A stretch of DNA of 64,000 nt, taken from NCBI GenBank assembly GCA_002269645.1, contig NIVC01002219.1, positions 1 through 64,000 on the forward strand. The letters are read 5' to 3'. The DNA is from Macrostomum lignano. Taxonomy: Eukaryota. Shown piece by piece: positions 10,549-24,392 of the stretch. Each line of letters opens with the position of its first letter. Within the stretch, counting starts at the first letter, position 1. A program made the position numbers and the translations under genes. Below the pieces are notes generated by a model. It saw only the letters and a program-made list of their open reading frames with translations, made no database searches and was not told the DNA's origin.

Positions 10549-13500
10549 AAGCAACAAAAACGCAGACTGAAGACATTGAAAAACCAACCAATGAGGCGCG
10601 CAACACAGTCAGCAAAATCGACAACAGACCAACTAACAAGCTACAGTTCAAACAGATTGATAAGCGGAAATCAACTCCAAACACCAACAAAGTGCGATCG
10701 AGTCTGCTATACAGATGCAACAGGAAAGGTCACCGTACCTGGGACTGCTTCGCTCGTAGTAGGAATGCAAATTTTGCCATAAGAAAGGGCACATCAAGCA
10801 AGCATGTAGACCATGTCTAAAAACAGGGAGCAGAATAAACACCAGAAATATCCATATGTCTGAGCAACCGGAAGAGCGAAGGGTTAACGACCAAACGAAG
10901 GCGCAAGAGCCAAAGTGAAGATCGATGGTATTGAGAGTACAGTGCTCATTGACTCCGGATCCTCAGAAAGTTTGATAAGTATGAAATCGTGGGAGTCAGT
11001 GAAGTCAAAGGATACTGTCCTAAACAGATCAGAAAAGCCAAGACTATATGCCTATATGTCGAAAAAGGCGCTGGAAGTCTTGGGAACGAAAACACTGGTT
11101 GTGGTGGCTGGAGACTCAGTGAAGCGAATCAAATTTATTGTGACGTGCGGTATCAACGCTGAGACAATACTCGGATGTAAGGACAGCATCGATTTAAATC
11201 TGCTGCAGATAATGATCAATCAGATTGAGAAGAAGAACGAAGAAATCGAACGAATTCTGAAAGATCATCAGGAGGTATTTCACGGAGTTGGTAGATTGAC
11301 CACGCAGCCAGCAGTGACCATTGCTCTGAAGGAAGGAAGCACGCCGACATCACAATCGATATCAAGAGTAGCTGCCCATCTCAGAGAAGCACTCCTACAA
11401 GAACTGGAAGAGCAGGAAAACGCAGGAATCATAGAGAAAGTCAATGGTCCCAGTGCATGGCTTTCGCGGCTAGTTGTCGTCCCAAAAGGAAAGACTGGTA
11501 AGGTACGACTGACCGTTGACTTACGAAACTTAAACAAGGCAACGAAAAAGCTACAATTTCCTATTCCATCTCTGGATGATCAGCTCACAAATATGGGAGA
11601 AGCAAGCTGCTTCAGCTACATTGATGGCAAGAAAATGTTCCATCCTATTGAACTGGACAGTGAATCTAGACATCTGACAACGTTCTCAACAGGAATCCCT
11701 GGACAACCGCTATAAAGGTACAAACGATTGCCAATGGGTTGGGTCAAATCGTCTTTCTATCTTCAAGCCTACATGACAAAAGTTTTGGCTTGTTTACAAG
11801 GACTACTAAATATTCAGGATGATATAATTGTGTATGAAAAGGACGTCAAGGAGCACATCAACAGGCCAAAGCAGGTCTTAGCAAGGCTCGTGGCGAACGG
11901 CATGACCTCTGGAAAGTAAAAATGCAAATTTGGAATGAGTAAAGCCACTTTTATGGGATCAATGAGCCATCAATGAGAATAGAACGGAAGCTATTCAAAT
12001 GTTCAAACCACCATGCAACCCAAGTGAAGTTGAATCGTTCCTTGGTCTAGCACAATTTGTTGCTCGATTCGTACCAAACCTAGCAACCTTGTCGAAGCCT
12101 CTGAATGACCTCACGAAGAAAGGAAAGACCTGGGAATGGGGTCCAGAACAAGAGACTTCTTTCAACAGCATCAAAGCAGCGATCAGCTCAACAGAAACAC
12201 TCGCGTACTTTGGAACAGGGCGAGAAACACAGCTGCGAGTAGACGCTAGTCCTGTCGGTCTTGATGCGATCTTGGTTCAGCGGCAGAAAGATGGAAATCT
12301 ACAACCAGTTTGCTATGTCAGTAGAACTCTCACAGATGTGGAGACTCGATACAGTCAAATCGAGCGAGAAGCATTGGCAATAAAATGGGGATGCGAGAAA
12401 TTTTCACACTTTCTCAAAGGAGCAGCCGAATTCACGATAATAACGGTAATAATCACGGTAATAACCACCACCAACAATTGAGCGTTGGGCAATGAGATTG
12501 CAACCATTCAACTTTAAGATAAAATATGAATCAGGCGACACTAACGAGGCAGATATTTTGTCGAGACAACCGGTGAAAACACCAAACGGCACACTCGGCA
12601 ATCGACGCGACATCGCATTCATTAACAGCAAACTTGAAAGCGCAGTGAGCACAGCTCTGAGCTTAGAGCAGATTCGAAAAAAAATCTGTTTTGTCTGGTT
12701 CTGGTTGATGATGAATCTGGTTGATGATGAAATTGTTGAGGCACTGGAATCAACAGTATCAGGAACTTGGATAAAGCACAACAAACTATTTGCAGAAAGA
12801 AATAAACTGTCGGAGCAGAATGGAATTCTCCTGTACGAAGACCGCATTGTCCTGCCGAAGAGTCTGCGACAAAAAGCTCTGTTAATTGCCCATGAAGGAC
12901 ATCAAGGCATCTCCAAAGCCAAATAACCACTGCGAAGTACCGTATTTTGGCCCGGTAAAAGCAAAGACGTGGAGATTTTTTGCAAGAAATGCAATATGTG
13001 CATCCACACAACGAAAAAAAGGAAGTCGGATCCCAATTGTGCCAACGGAACTTCCGGATAAGCCGTGGGACAAAGTGGCAATGGACTTTAAAGGACCACT
13101 TCCGAAAAGTAGCAACCTGCTAGTTTTCATCGACTACCACTCGAGATTTCCGAACTTTGAACTTTTCCAGAATTTTGAACGGATCAAGTTTTGAAGAGGA
13201 GTTGCAAATCTTCTTGCACGCCTACAGAACAACGCCGATGAGAGCGCGCGGACAAAACTTCCTCAAATGAACGACCAGACAATAGATACTTTGGTGAAGC
13301 AGAAAGATAAAGACACCGACTACAAAAGAAAAATGTCTAACTACGCTAATCGGAACGCTCGTGAGTGCGACATCAAAACAGGTGACACAGTAGTGATTGA
13401 AAGGGAAGCAAGGAACAAGTACGATAGCTTTTTTGGTACAGAGCAATACTACGTAAGGAAGCGAGTCGGAGGACTGCTGATCCTGGAGAACAAAAGTGGC

Positions 13501-13869
13501 AAAATCAAGAAGCGCCACGTCAACAAGGCCAGAAAGATATTTCCAGACTCAGAATCTGACGAGGCTCTGGTAACGTTTTCTGGTGGAGGAGGAATGAGCG
13601 ACAGTCAGCAAGAAAAAAGGGATACATCCGAAATACCACAGCGTGATCCAAGACCAATGCGCAGAAGTGGACTCCGACCACAGACTGTACTGAGGAGGCC
13701 AATTCGTTTCCCTACAATGAACTGATTTTACTAAAAGTGGAGGGATGTGTTATTCTCAGACTGACTGTTCATTTTCATTTATCTATGCTTGTACCATAGT
13801 GTTTTATTTTTTATAATACACGCGACCGCCAAGAGAAACTTCAGATTGCTTGGCCACACGAACACCACA
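10549..13869 (+). mobile_element. pol: Decayed Ty3/Gypsy (Mag/K02A2.6-like) LTR retrotransposon: gag 3' end, protease, RT, RNase H, integrase, PPT and putative 3' LTR
   Basis: CCHC knuckle CKFCHKKGHIKQAC (10766-10807) and a degenerate upstream knuckle; protease LIDSGS; RT WLSRLVVVPK..VRLTVDLRNLN and IQDD; RNase H VDASPVGL..YSQIEREALA; integrase AHEGHQGI and PDKPWDKVAMDF. Many stops and frameshifts. PPT AAAAGTGGAGGGA precedes TGT at 13746. The LTR end at 13869 is tentative. Confidence 0.9.
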
Positions 13870-15160
13870 GTACTGTACTTCACCTACTGCATTCATAGGG
13901 AAGCTATAATAAACGTGCATTTTCACTATAGGGTAAAATGACTCCTGATCGCGAGACTTGCCATTGTATAAGCCATCCCTTCTTTATCCCACCAACCGCA
14001 TCTTATTTTAGCGACAAAACATGCATTGCAATTGCATAGCAATTAAGGAAATGGGTTTGGCGCTATTGTTTGCTGGATTGATCGCAAGAAGACCAAGGCC
14101 GTGTAGGGACGAGCTGCATACATTTATTTGCATGGCTTGCTGCAGAAACAAGCCATTTCTACAATTATGCATGCAAGCTATTTCCCGAAATATAGCAAAA
14201 GAAGCCCAGAGCGTTTGATTTTTTGCTCCAATCTTTTCACCTAATTTGAATTTCTCTCACCCGACATGCAACGTTTAACGTTAATCGTTAACGTTAAAAT
14301 TATCATCCCAGAGGCTCAGTTGTCATGGCGACGAAGCTGTGAAACAAAAATTCTGCTTCTCAAGACGCAGTCTATAGGGGGGTCTCCACACCCGCCGGCA
14401 ACACGCGGCGCAAATATAGAATGTAGAAATATGAAAAATGTGCTTTCAATTTATTTACCTACCTAATTTCTAGAAGAAGAAAAAGACAAGCTACAGAAAA
14501 GCGTATGCTATAGTGTTTTTAAGATGATAAGTTTAAAAAACGGATAACCTAAATTGAAGCCTATAGAGTTAAAGATGCATCTAAGATCAGGTTGGGTAGA
14601 AAACATGCAAATTTTAACTAAAACTCGACTAAGCGCCAAGCTGATATGGACATCCGAACTTATAAGTAGCAATATAGGAGCGCATATTTTGAACGATAAG
14701 TCTGAAAAGTGCGTAAACTTCTGTTGCTAACTCTAAACTGGTGTTGCAGTCAACTGAAAGTTCACGGTATCCGCGGTGCAAACAATCGCTTCTTTGAATT
14801 ATATACTGGCTCGGTCGACCAGTCTTTCACAAAACTTTGTGGCATAAAGTAAGTGCAAGTCTGGTCTCAGTCAGGACTTTGCGTGCTGTCTACGGCCCAA
14901 CTTGACTCTATTCTGTTGATTTGAAATTTTGAATTTCCGTTTTCTGAATTAGCATGCCAACAAAATTTGTTTTTCGAAATAACAACGGAAGTACATGATA
15001 TTCTCTACCAACCATTGATAAATATGAGTGTAGTACATTTGGACATGTCTTTTATCAAAAGTGCGAGTTTCTTCAACCAGGCGTCACTTCAAAAGCTCTG
15101 AATATCTGATAGCTTCAAATCGGTTTGGTTTGGTTAGATTGTCTTCAGTGGTGGGCATCC

Positions 15161-15761
15161 TCACGGACAGGTGCCAGCGGAGTATGATGTGCCAGCTGAG
15201 CACGGCATCTGAACGTAGGCTCCATGATTGCAGCGCAGGTAGTGCACATCGCTGCTGCAGTCTCTCATGAAGTCGATGGTGCAGGCCTGGCCATCTGTGA
15301 AGCAGACGGAGCTACTGGTGGTGCTCATGTCAGCACCAGAGTTCGGAGGTGAAGTCGTGTTGACCAGTCTTCCTTCCACCACCTGAGTGGGTGCAACAAT
15401 CAACGAAAAGGTTCTTAACAACAATGAAGGGCACTTATGGATAAGTTTGATTTTAGTGGTGTATTGAGCACCGACAGACCTCACTGACGCAGTCCAGGGG
15501 TCTCCACAGCGCCTCATACTGAGCGGCAGTGGCCAGATAGCAAGTGCCGTCTCGCTTGAACACGGCGGTGCAGTTGGGTCGCACTGCGCACTCCACCGAG
15601 CAGGCGCGAGGGTCTCGGACTCCGCTGACCTGCGACAGGTCGGTCACGTTTCCTGGGCAACCGGAGACGACGCGGAAGCGGACGCAGACACCGGATGCGA
15701 TGGACAACAGGCTGAGCAGGCAGGAGGCCACAGCCAGCATTCTGTGAGCTGACAGATGCAT
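15161..15761 (-). CDS. PAN-family gene 1: signal peptide + PAN/Apple-like domain + short S/T linker + CBM14-like domain; exons 15761-15480 and 15382-15161 (167 aa)
   Basis: C-x3-C-x5-C PAN core (ACSVECAVRPNCTAVF..GTCYL); phase-0 GT-AG intron; exon 2 ends CTIDFMRDCSSDVHYLRCNHGAYVQMPCSAGTSYSAGTCP*. Confidence 0.8.
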
Positions 15762-16130
15762 GGGTCTCGGTGGTAGCTGTCTTTCGAGCGATGTCCTCAG
15801 ATGAATTGTACTTATAAAAAGCTGCACGTACGTATTAAACAGAGAGATTTTTTGAGAATGAGCGAATGGGAGCCGACTTGAATAGCGAGCGTGTTTAGTG
15901 GCTGCTTCTTCTTTCCTGAGATGGGTCTTGACTACAGAAGCGCTTAATGCACGGGTCTTAGGCCTTCATTTCCTGTAGAAATTGTCACCGCCACGGAAAT
16001 TGAAAGCACCCTGTTGTGACTCAGACATGCGGAAATTTTCAGTTGGCAAATGAGGCTGTGAATGCTTTGTAGGGAGCCAGAAGCATTACAGCCCTCTGCT
16101 TTATTGCTATGCAATTCTCACTATAGATCT

Positions 16131-16242
<112 letters not shown>

Positions 16243-18476
16243 CATGCCTTTCAGCCATGCCTAAAGCCAGGATTTTCGGCTAAACAGCCTGTATAGCTCA
16301 TTCTGTATTATTCAAAAAACTTCCAAACTTTGCTTGATACTTTAGTTACAGTGAAAGTAATAATTACTAATGATTCACGACACAAATAATACTCGTAGTC
16401 CAGGTGTTGGCGGCAGGATATTTCCAGCCTGTGTCACCCGATAAACTGCTAACTATAATTAACCAGTGACCGCTAGTGCGACAGCCAAATCGGTCAACTC
16501 TTTAGGTGCCGCCTCTTAACACAAAGAAGCCTACAGACTCTGCGCTTAAAAAGGCTTTTCTGACTCTCGAATTCTCAATAGTTTCACCATTGAGTTCAGC
16601 TGAAACTGTTAAACAATGATATATTCTTCTGCACTATTTTTGAGTGTTAATGTTATTAGCGCGCGAGCCCGATAGACAGCAGATTTGATTGCTTGCATCT
16701 TTCAGTTACGCAAACAAAATCGAAATAGCTGACGCAGAGCCAACTACAGTGGCAGAAGTTCTGCCTCCTCTATTTAACTACGGAGCTATGCCGAATGGTG
16801 AGATTTCAGGAGTAACATCCGGCGAGTTCGACTTGATTTGCACGTCATTCGATCATGCCCAAGGTCATTAGACAGTCGAGATGCAGCGAACCACTATAGA
16901 TTCTCCGAGAAAAGCTGCTAGAGTCTTTTGCTATCTTCTTGAGTTTATGAAGAACGTCAGTGAGAAAGCAGGCCTTGTGCACCGACCGCTGCATATGGTA
17001 GGTAGTTTGACCTGTACTTTTGCCCACCATATTCATGTGTCTCTGTGAACACATTTGAATCTAGACAAATCAGTTGCCAACTTTTCTTAAACTGCAGAGT
17101 AACTAGAGCGTGCCACCTGGATACCTGTGGCCAGACTATCCAGGAGATCTTGCTCATCACTGGGCGAAAGTGTGAGCGAACTGTTAAGCGCTACTTAGCG
17201 AGGCGACGTGATCGCAGTTGGTATAGGGCATCTCTGGCTGTGGATCAGGCGCTGAATCATACAGTTTCCGAAACTAATGTCAATAAGATCGTTAAGCTAG
17301 CTCGTCCAAAATCCACTCACAATAAGCGAGGCTACGATGGAGGAATGTGCGGATGTTTATCAAGAGCCTGTCCAGACCGACGGCGCACTACGTGTGCAGG
17401 CTGCTCCGTCAAAGAAGATGAAAGTGACCATTGGCGGCAGTCGCAATCTGATCGATATTCTTTTTGAGTGACGTTTCTGTGTAGGCCTGGTATTAACTGA
17501 TTAACACACGATTTCTTTGTTGAACAGTTTTTGATGTTTTTCTAACATAAAAAAATAAAATTTACCCTTTGTTATTGTTTAATTTGCCGTTGCGTGTTAA
17601 TGTCCAAAATGACATTAACACGCATCCCACGCGCGTGTTATTGTCACCAAAAGTGCATAGCAATGCTGTTAGTCTCTGTGAAAAATTAAATATGGAACAG
17701 TTGCCTCGATGTCAAAATTTTCTAGAAAATGAATGAACCAAAATTGACTAATTTGGCGGCAGTTCTTTTAAAAAGCTGCATAGCTCGGATACTAGTCTGT
17801 GAGTGTTTCATTTTTATTTATGTTAAATCAAATGCTTCCGAAGACAATCGACTCCTCGAAAAATGCGGCCAACTTAACGATAAAAGTCTGACATTTGTAG
17901 CTTATCCAAGCATGCCTTGGAAAGCACTTCAGCCTATATTCCTTTCTTAAACGTCAATTGACATCTATAAGCTTACTTCTGAAACTCGTAGTCAGTATTA
18001 TACGAAGTACTCGTAGAACGAACCTGATGCAAAGCGCTCAGAGTACATTTTTGCAGTCTCTTTATACGCGTAAAAATCATTGGCCTGACTGTGCAAACAC
18101 AAGCTTCAGGGTCACAACCGGCTTGAGTATACAGTAATAAATAAAGTTGCATTTTGCTTTTTCCGTGGTGTTTAGTCTTATAGCCCTTTCCTTTTGGTAG
18201 CAGGCCCTGATTTTAACTGTAGAGTATCAATCACGCTCTGTAAACCCCGTCAGCTTCCTGCAGGCTGATGTTTACCAATGCCATATTGACACGATCGAGC
18301 TGAAACTTTTTCTTCTTTGGATTCTCGCACCATAGAGACCGAGTTGACCGAGCTTGAATTCGCTTTGGCAATCAGTTTCATGCGGATGCAGTCATGCTTT
18401 TTTAATTGGCGAGGTTCCTTAAGCAAACGTCAAGGTACGCAGTGCAGCTTTAAACGTGAAAAATATAACTTTTTTG

Positions 18477-18512
18477 AACTAACTAACTAACTAACCAACT
18501 AACTAACTAACC

Positions 18513-18558
<46 letters not shown>

Positions 18559-18633
18559 ATAACTAACTAACTAACTAACTAACTAAATAACTAAATAACT
18601 AACTAACTAACTAACTAACTAACTTACTAACTT

Positions 18634-18707
<74 letters not shown>

Positions 18708-18708
18708 G

Positions 18709-18744
<36 letters not shown>

Positions 18745-19031
18745 GACTAACTAACTAACTAACTAACTAACTGACTGACTGACTAACTAACTAACTGACT
18801 AACTAACTAACTAACTAACTGACTGACTAACTAACTAACTAACTGACTGACTAACTAACTAACTAACTGACTAACTAACTAACTAACTAATTAACTAATT
18901 GACTGACTAACTAACTAACTGACTAACTAACTAACTAACTAGCTAACTAACTAGCTAAATAAATAACTAACTAACTAACTAACTGACTAACTAACTAACT
19001 AACTAATTAACTAACTAACTAACTAAATAAT

Positions 19032-19107
<76 letters not shown>

Positions 19108-19117
19108 CAACTAACTT

Positions 19118-19152
<35 letters not shown>
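18477..19152. repeat. (TAAC)n microsatellite with TGAC variants
   Basis: Directly visible in the sequence. Confidence 0.98.
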
Positions 19153-19155
<3 letters not shown>

Positions 19156-19868
19156 GTTCGGCATTCAGTTGATATTCACCGTTGGTATTGCACTCGTGCA
19201 CTTTTCTCCAAATGTATTATATTATATTTACACGATTTACTCTATGAGCACTCATATTTTCATTATGACTGCAGAAGGGCAGCGGGCACCCACCGCACCC
19301 TGGCGCTTTGGGCGAAATGTCCCAAAAACCAGCGTTAAGGTGATTCTGCTCACTATTCTGCCTCCTGAGCACATACTGTACGCAGGCACGCACTGGTACA
19401 CACACTCACACAGGATGTACATCGGCTCTGGCTTTCTAATTTTCATGCATGCACACTCTGTGTGCCTTGGCGGGGTGACCCTCATTGGTGTGAATCGCGT
19501 CAAAATATTCCTGGTCTGCTTTCTTTACATACTACTGATAGTAAACGGTAAGAATCTAGGCAAAGCTGTTTGTTCTATATTTGAAAGCTCTTTTAATTGT
19601 TGCTGCTGTTGCTATAGTATTATCATTAATAAATACCTACAAAAATATGGTAATACGCATCGTAAAAAGATAATAGTGAGATTCTGCTCCTCATCATCAA
19701 CTGTCAAAAGCGACCGGTTTGAGGTTAAATTTTATAATCAAAGAAAGTATATTTTTACAAGTATATTTTCTATATAGATGTAGTTCCTTAGAACATAAGC
19801 ATGCAGTTGATACAATACCTATCACTGGCTTCATGGTAAGCTTCCAGCTTAAAGCAAGATTTGAAGCA

Positions 19869-20585
19869 TCAATCGTTTTCTCTTTCTTTGATGGCATTAA
19901 TGACTTTTTCCCAGTATTTACTGTCTTTTTCTGTATCGCCACCGTCATCATTTCGAACATTAATGGTTGTTGTTGGACGTGTGGTGGTTGCCACAGTTAC
20001 TGACTGAGTGGACTGAGACGCAGTAGTACTTGTAGTTTCCCCGTCAGTTAACCTGTCGATAATGACCTGCGAATTCAATTAGAAGTCATTTTGCACTGAT
20101 TAGAGGCAAATACAATACTAGTGTGCAGCTCAAAGGCATCAAGCAATGCTACATGTAAAACCTGCATGCCTGTTTTTTACCGGAAAGGTAAGCAAAACAT
20201 TCAATGGAACGTTCCCGATTAAAGGAGCTTCCCAAACAAAGAATATCTCGTAGAATATGATCTCATTGTCAACTTGACGCTCAAAAAAGCTAGGAGGTTA
20301 TAAAACAAGAAAGTTTACCTCGCTGCTGCAGTCCAGGGGTCTCCACAGTGCCTCATACTGAGCGGCAGTGGCCAGATAACAAGTGCCGTCTCGCTTGAAC
20401 ACGGCGGTGCAGTTGGGTCGCACTGCGCACTCCACCAAGCAGCTGCGAGGGTCTCGAACTCCGTTAACCTGCGACAGGTCGGTCACGTTTCCGGGACAAA
20501 TGGAGACGACGCGGAAGCGGACGCAGACCCCGGACGCCACGGACAGCAGGCTGAGCAGGCAGGAGGCAGAAATTGCAAATTGCAT
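19869..20585 (-). CDS. PAN-family gene 2: signal peptide + PAN + Thr-rich linker + charged/amphipathic tail; exons 20585-20319 and 20066-19869 (154 aa)
   Basis: PAN exon with donor GAG|GTAAAC, acceptor GCAG|GTC; exon 2 reads VIIDRLTDGETTSTTAS...KYWEKVINAIKEREND*. Confidence 0.78.
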
Positions 20586-20754
20586 TTTGAGCTGCACCGA
20601 CTCGAGTTGGGTTGAAGGTAATTTTAAGCAAATCGAGATGTAATATCAAACCTAATTTGGTGTAACTTTTAGATATTTTATATGGTCTTTATATACACTT
20701 GGAAGCATTTTAGGCAACAGTCACAGTCGATGTCTTAAAACGTTTGAGTTGATT

Positions 20755-21060
20755 GACAAGCTTCTTGCTTCTTGCTTCTTGTATCAGAAATACGAGCGTT
20801 GCATTAGACAAAAGCAAAAGAGCGCTTAAAGTCGTGATGTTCTCTCGTGCTCTCTTAGATTGGAAGCGAATCCCGTGTGAGTGACTACGTAGCGTGTGTT
20901 AGGGGTTCACATTACACTAACTTTGGTCTGCTTGTCCTTCCAGTCTCCTACCACAGATAAATGTAAGATAGACATAAATCAGTCACTCATTGTTCTTCAA
21001 TAGTGTCAAAACCTGCAACTACTCTTTGGACAGTAGTAGAGTTTGCATGTGCAATGACAA
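20755..21060 (-). mobile_element. Possible decayed 3' end of an RTE-like LINE with a (CAAGAAG)3 tail
   Basis: Short tandem tail at 20761-20781 and a stop-interrupted YLW*ETGRTSRPK resembling the RTE C-terminal W..GKRxRGRPK motif. Weak evidence. Confidence 0.3.
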
Positions 21061-21302
21061 ATTATCATCAGCACATAAAATTATACTGAAAATAAAGTCT
21101 AGCACTACTTCGGGTAGGGAGGTTCAGTAATAGCCAGGGACACAAGCCACTGTGGAAACACACCGGGCTCCTCACGCCAAGGTACCAGGTTCGATTCCAT
21201 TCGTTCATAAAGCCACTGTGGCTTGTTGTTGCCATTATTGCTAATGAAGGCCAAACCACAAGACACAGAGTGTACATATCCTGGCGATTAGAAAGTCAGA
21301 GT

Positions 21303-23821
21303 GTGGATCGTGGATCCTAGATCGTGGATCGTAGATCGTGGATCGTAGATCGTGGATCGTAGATCGTGGATCGTAGATCGTGGATCGTAGATCGTGGATC
21401 GTAGATCGTGGATCGTAGATCGTGGATCGTAGATCGTGGATCGTAGATCGTGGATCGTAGATCGTGGATCGTAGATCGTGGATCGTAGATCGTGGATCGT
21501 AGATCGTGGATCGTAGATCGTGGATCGTAGATCGTGGATCGTAGATCGTGGATCGTAGATCGTGGATCGTAGATCGTGGATCGTAGATCGTGGATCGTAG
21601 ATCGTGGATCGTAGATCGTGGATCGTAGATCGTGGATCGTAGATCGTGGATCGTAGATCGTGGATCGTAGATCGTGGATCGTAGATCGTGGATCGTAGAT
21701 CGTGGATCGTAGATCGTGGATCGTAGATCGTGGATCGTAGATCGTGGATCGTAGATCGTGGATCGTAGATCGTGGATCGTAGATCGTGGATCGTAGATCG
21801 TGGATCGTAGATCGTGGATCGTAGATCGTGGATCGTAGATCGTGGATCGTAGATCGTGGATCGTAGATCGTGGATCGTAGATCGTGGATCGTAGATCGTG
21901 GATCGTAGATCGTGGATCGTAGATCGTGGATCGTAGATCGTGGATCGTAGATCGTGGATCGTAGATCGTGGATCGTAGATCGTGGATCGTAGATCGTGGA
22001 TCGTAGATCGTGGATCGTAGATCGTGGATCGTAGATCGTGGATCGTAGATCGTGGATCGTAGATCGTGGATCGTAGATCGTGGATCGTAGATCGTGGATC
22101 GTAGATCGTGGATCGTAGATCGTGGATCGTAGATCGTGGATCGTAGATCGTGGATCGTAGATCGTGGATCGTAGATCGTGGATCGTAGATCGTGGATCGT
22201 AGATCGTGGATCGTAGATCGTGGATCGTAGATCGTGGATCGTAGATCGTGGATCGTAGATCGTGGATCGTAGATCGTGGATCGTAGATCGTGGATCGTAG
22301 ATCGTGGATCGTAGATCGTGGATCGTAGATCGTGGATCGTAGATCGTGGATCGTAGATCGTGGATCGTAGATCGTGGATCGTAGATCGTGGATCGTAGAT
22401 CGTGGATCGTAGATCGTGGATCGTAGATCGTGGATCGTAGATCGTGGATCGTAGATCGTGGATCGTAGATCGTGGATCGTAGATCGTGGATCGTAGATCG
22501 TGGATCGTAGATCGTGGATCGTAGATCGTGGATCGTAGATCGTGGATCGTAGATCGTGGATCGTAGATCGTGGATCGTAGATCGTGGATCGTAGATCGTG
22601 GATCGTAGATCGTGGATCGTAGATCGTGGATCGTAGATCGTGGATCGTAGATCGTGGATCGTAGATCGTGGATCGTAGATCGTGGATCGTAGATCGTGGA
22701 TCGTAGATCGTGGATCGTAGATCGTGGATCGTAGATCGTGGATCGTAGATCGTGGATCGTAGATCGTGGATCGTAGATCGTGGATCGTAGATCGTGGATC
22801 GTAGATCGTGGATCGTAGATCGTGGATCGTAGATCGTGGATCGTAGATCGTGGATCGTAGATCGTGGATCGTAGATCGTGGATCGTAGATCGTGGATCGT
22901 AGATCGTGGATCGTAGATCGTGGATCGTAGATCGTGGATCGTAGATCGTGGATCGTAGATCGTGGATCGTAGATCGTGGATCGTAGATCGTGGATCGTAG
23001 ATCGTGGATCGTAGATCGTGGATCGTAGATCGTGGATCGTAGATCGTGGATCGTAGATCGTGGATCGTAGATCGTGGATCGTAGATCGTGGATCGTAGAT
23101 CGTGGATCGTAGATCGTGGATCGTAGATCGTGGATCGTAGATCGTGGATCGTAGATCGTGGATCGTAGATCGTGGATCGTAGATCGTGGATCGTAGATCG
23201 TGGATCGTAGATCGTGGATCGTAGATCGTGGATCGTAGATCGTGGATCGTAGATCGTGGATCGTAGATCGTGGATCGTAGATCGTGGATCGTAGATCGTG
23301 GATCGTAGATCGTGGATCGTAGATCGTGGATCGTAGATCGTGGATCGTAGATCGTGGATCGTAGATCGTGGATCGTAGATCGTGGATCGTAGATCGTGGA
23401 TCGTAGATCGTGGATCGTAGATCGTGGATCGTAGATCGTGGATCGTAGATCGTGGATCGTAGATCGTGGATCGTAGATCGTGGATCGTAGATCGTGGATC
23501 GTAGATCGTGGATCGTAGATCGTGGATCGTAGATCGTGGATCGTAGATCGTGGATCGTAGATCGTGGATCGTAGATCGTGGATCGTAGATCGTGGATCGT
23601 AGATCGTGGATCGTAGATCGTGGATCGTAGATCGTGGATCGTAGATCGTGGATCGTAGATCGTGGATCGTAGATCGTGGATCGTAGATCGTGGATCGTAG
23701 ATCGTGGATCGTAGATCGTGGATCGTAGATCGTGGATCGTAGATCGTGGATCGTAGATCGTGGATCGTAGATCGTGGATCGTAGATCGTGGATCGTAGAT
23801 CGTGGATCGTAGATCGTGGAT
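21303..23821. repeat. (GATCGTGGATCGTA)n: about 180 near-perfect copies of a 14-bp unit made of two 7-bp half-units
   Basis: Directly visible; the only deviation noticed is at the left edge (GATCCTA). Confidence 0.98.
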
Positions 23822-24099
23822 AAGAGGAACCTAATGACTTGGGGGATTCAATGGTTGAGCACACACTGAGTGTAAAGACATGGCAGAGAGTTCGGAGAAT
23901 CAAGAAAACGTTACCGAATAGGTAAACGCAACCGGCCTCTATGGATATGTCAGAGATGTATTTATCAAGAAATTCATTTTATATTAAGTCTTTTCTGTAG
24001 GACTTTCTCCTGCCTTTTTTCGCCAGTGTATTGACTAAGAAAAGAATATTGAGTAAATTCTTTAGGAAATATTTATTTTAATTTTGGAATTCAAACTGT

Positions 24100-24380
24100 G
24101 CCAAATGTGTCATTCGGAGTTGTGTCAGTCGAAAATGTGTGTCGAAAATGTGTCAGTCGGAGTTGTGTCAGTCGGAGTTGTGTCAGTCGGAGTTGTGTCA
24201 GTCGGAAATGTGTCAGTCAGAGTTGTGTCAGTCAGAGTTGTGTCAGTCAGAGTTGTGCGAGTCAGAGTTGTGTCAGTCAGAGTTGTGTCAGTCAGAGTTG
24301 TGCGAGTCAGAGTTGTGTCAGTCAGAGTTGTGTCAGTCAGAGTTGTGTCAGTCGCAGTTGTGTCAGTCGCAGTTGTGTCA
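24100..24380. repeat. 15-bp minisatellite (TGTGTCAGTCRGAGT)n; minus strand encodes (TDTTL/P/A)n
   Basis: Directly visible; related to the array at 55317-56062. Confidence 0.9.
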
Positions 24381-24392
24381 GCCAGAATTTCG

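Noticed and set aside
14274-14298. TTTAACGTTAA-tcg-TTAACGTTAAA inverted repeat
   Set aside because: Short and AT-rich with no associated element or gene; plausible by chance or local slippage.
17045-17467. Possible transposase HTH fragment (GQTIQEILLITGRKCERTVKRYLAR)
   Set aside because: Only a weak HTH resemblance; no catalytic domain or TIR pair found.
19169-19777. 202-aa ORF next to the (TAAC)n array
   Set aside because: Non-ATG start, no motifs, and the paralogous flank at 26164 diverges after about 55 bp.
21288-23903. 871-aa ORF (STIYDPRSTIHDLR)n
   Set aside because: It is an automatic consequence of a stop-free 14-bp repeat, has a non-ATG start and has no domain; not called as a CDS.
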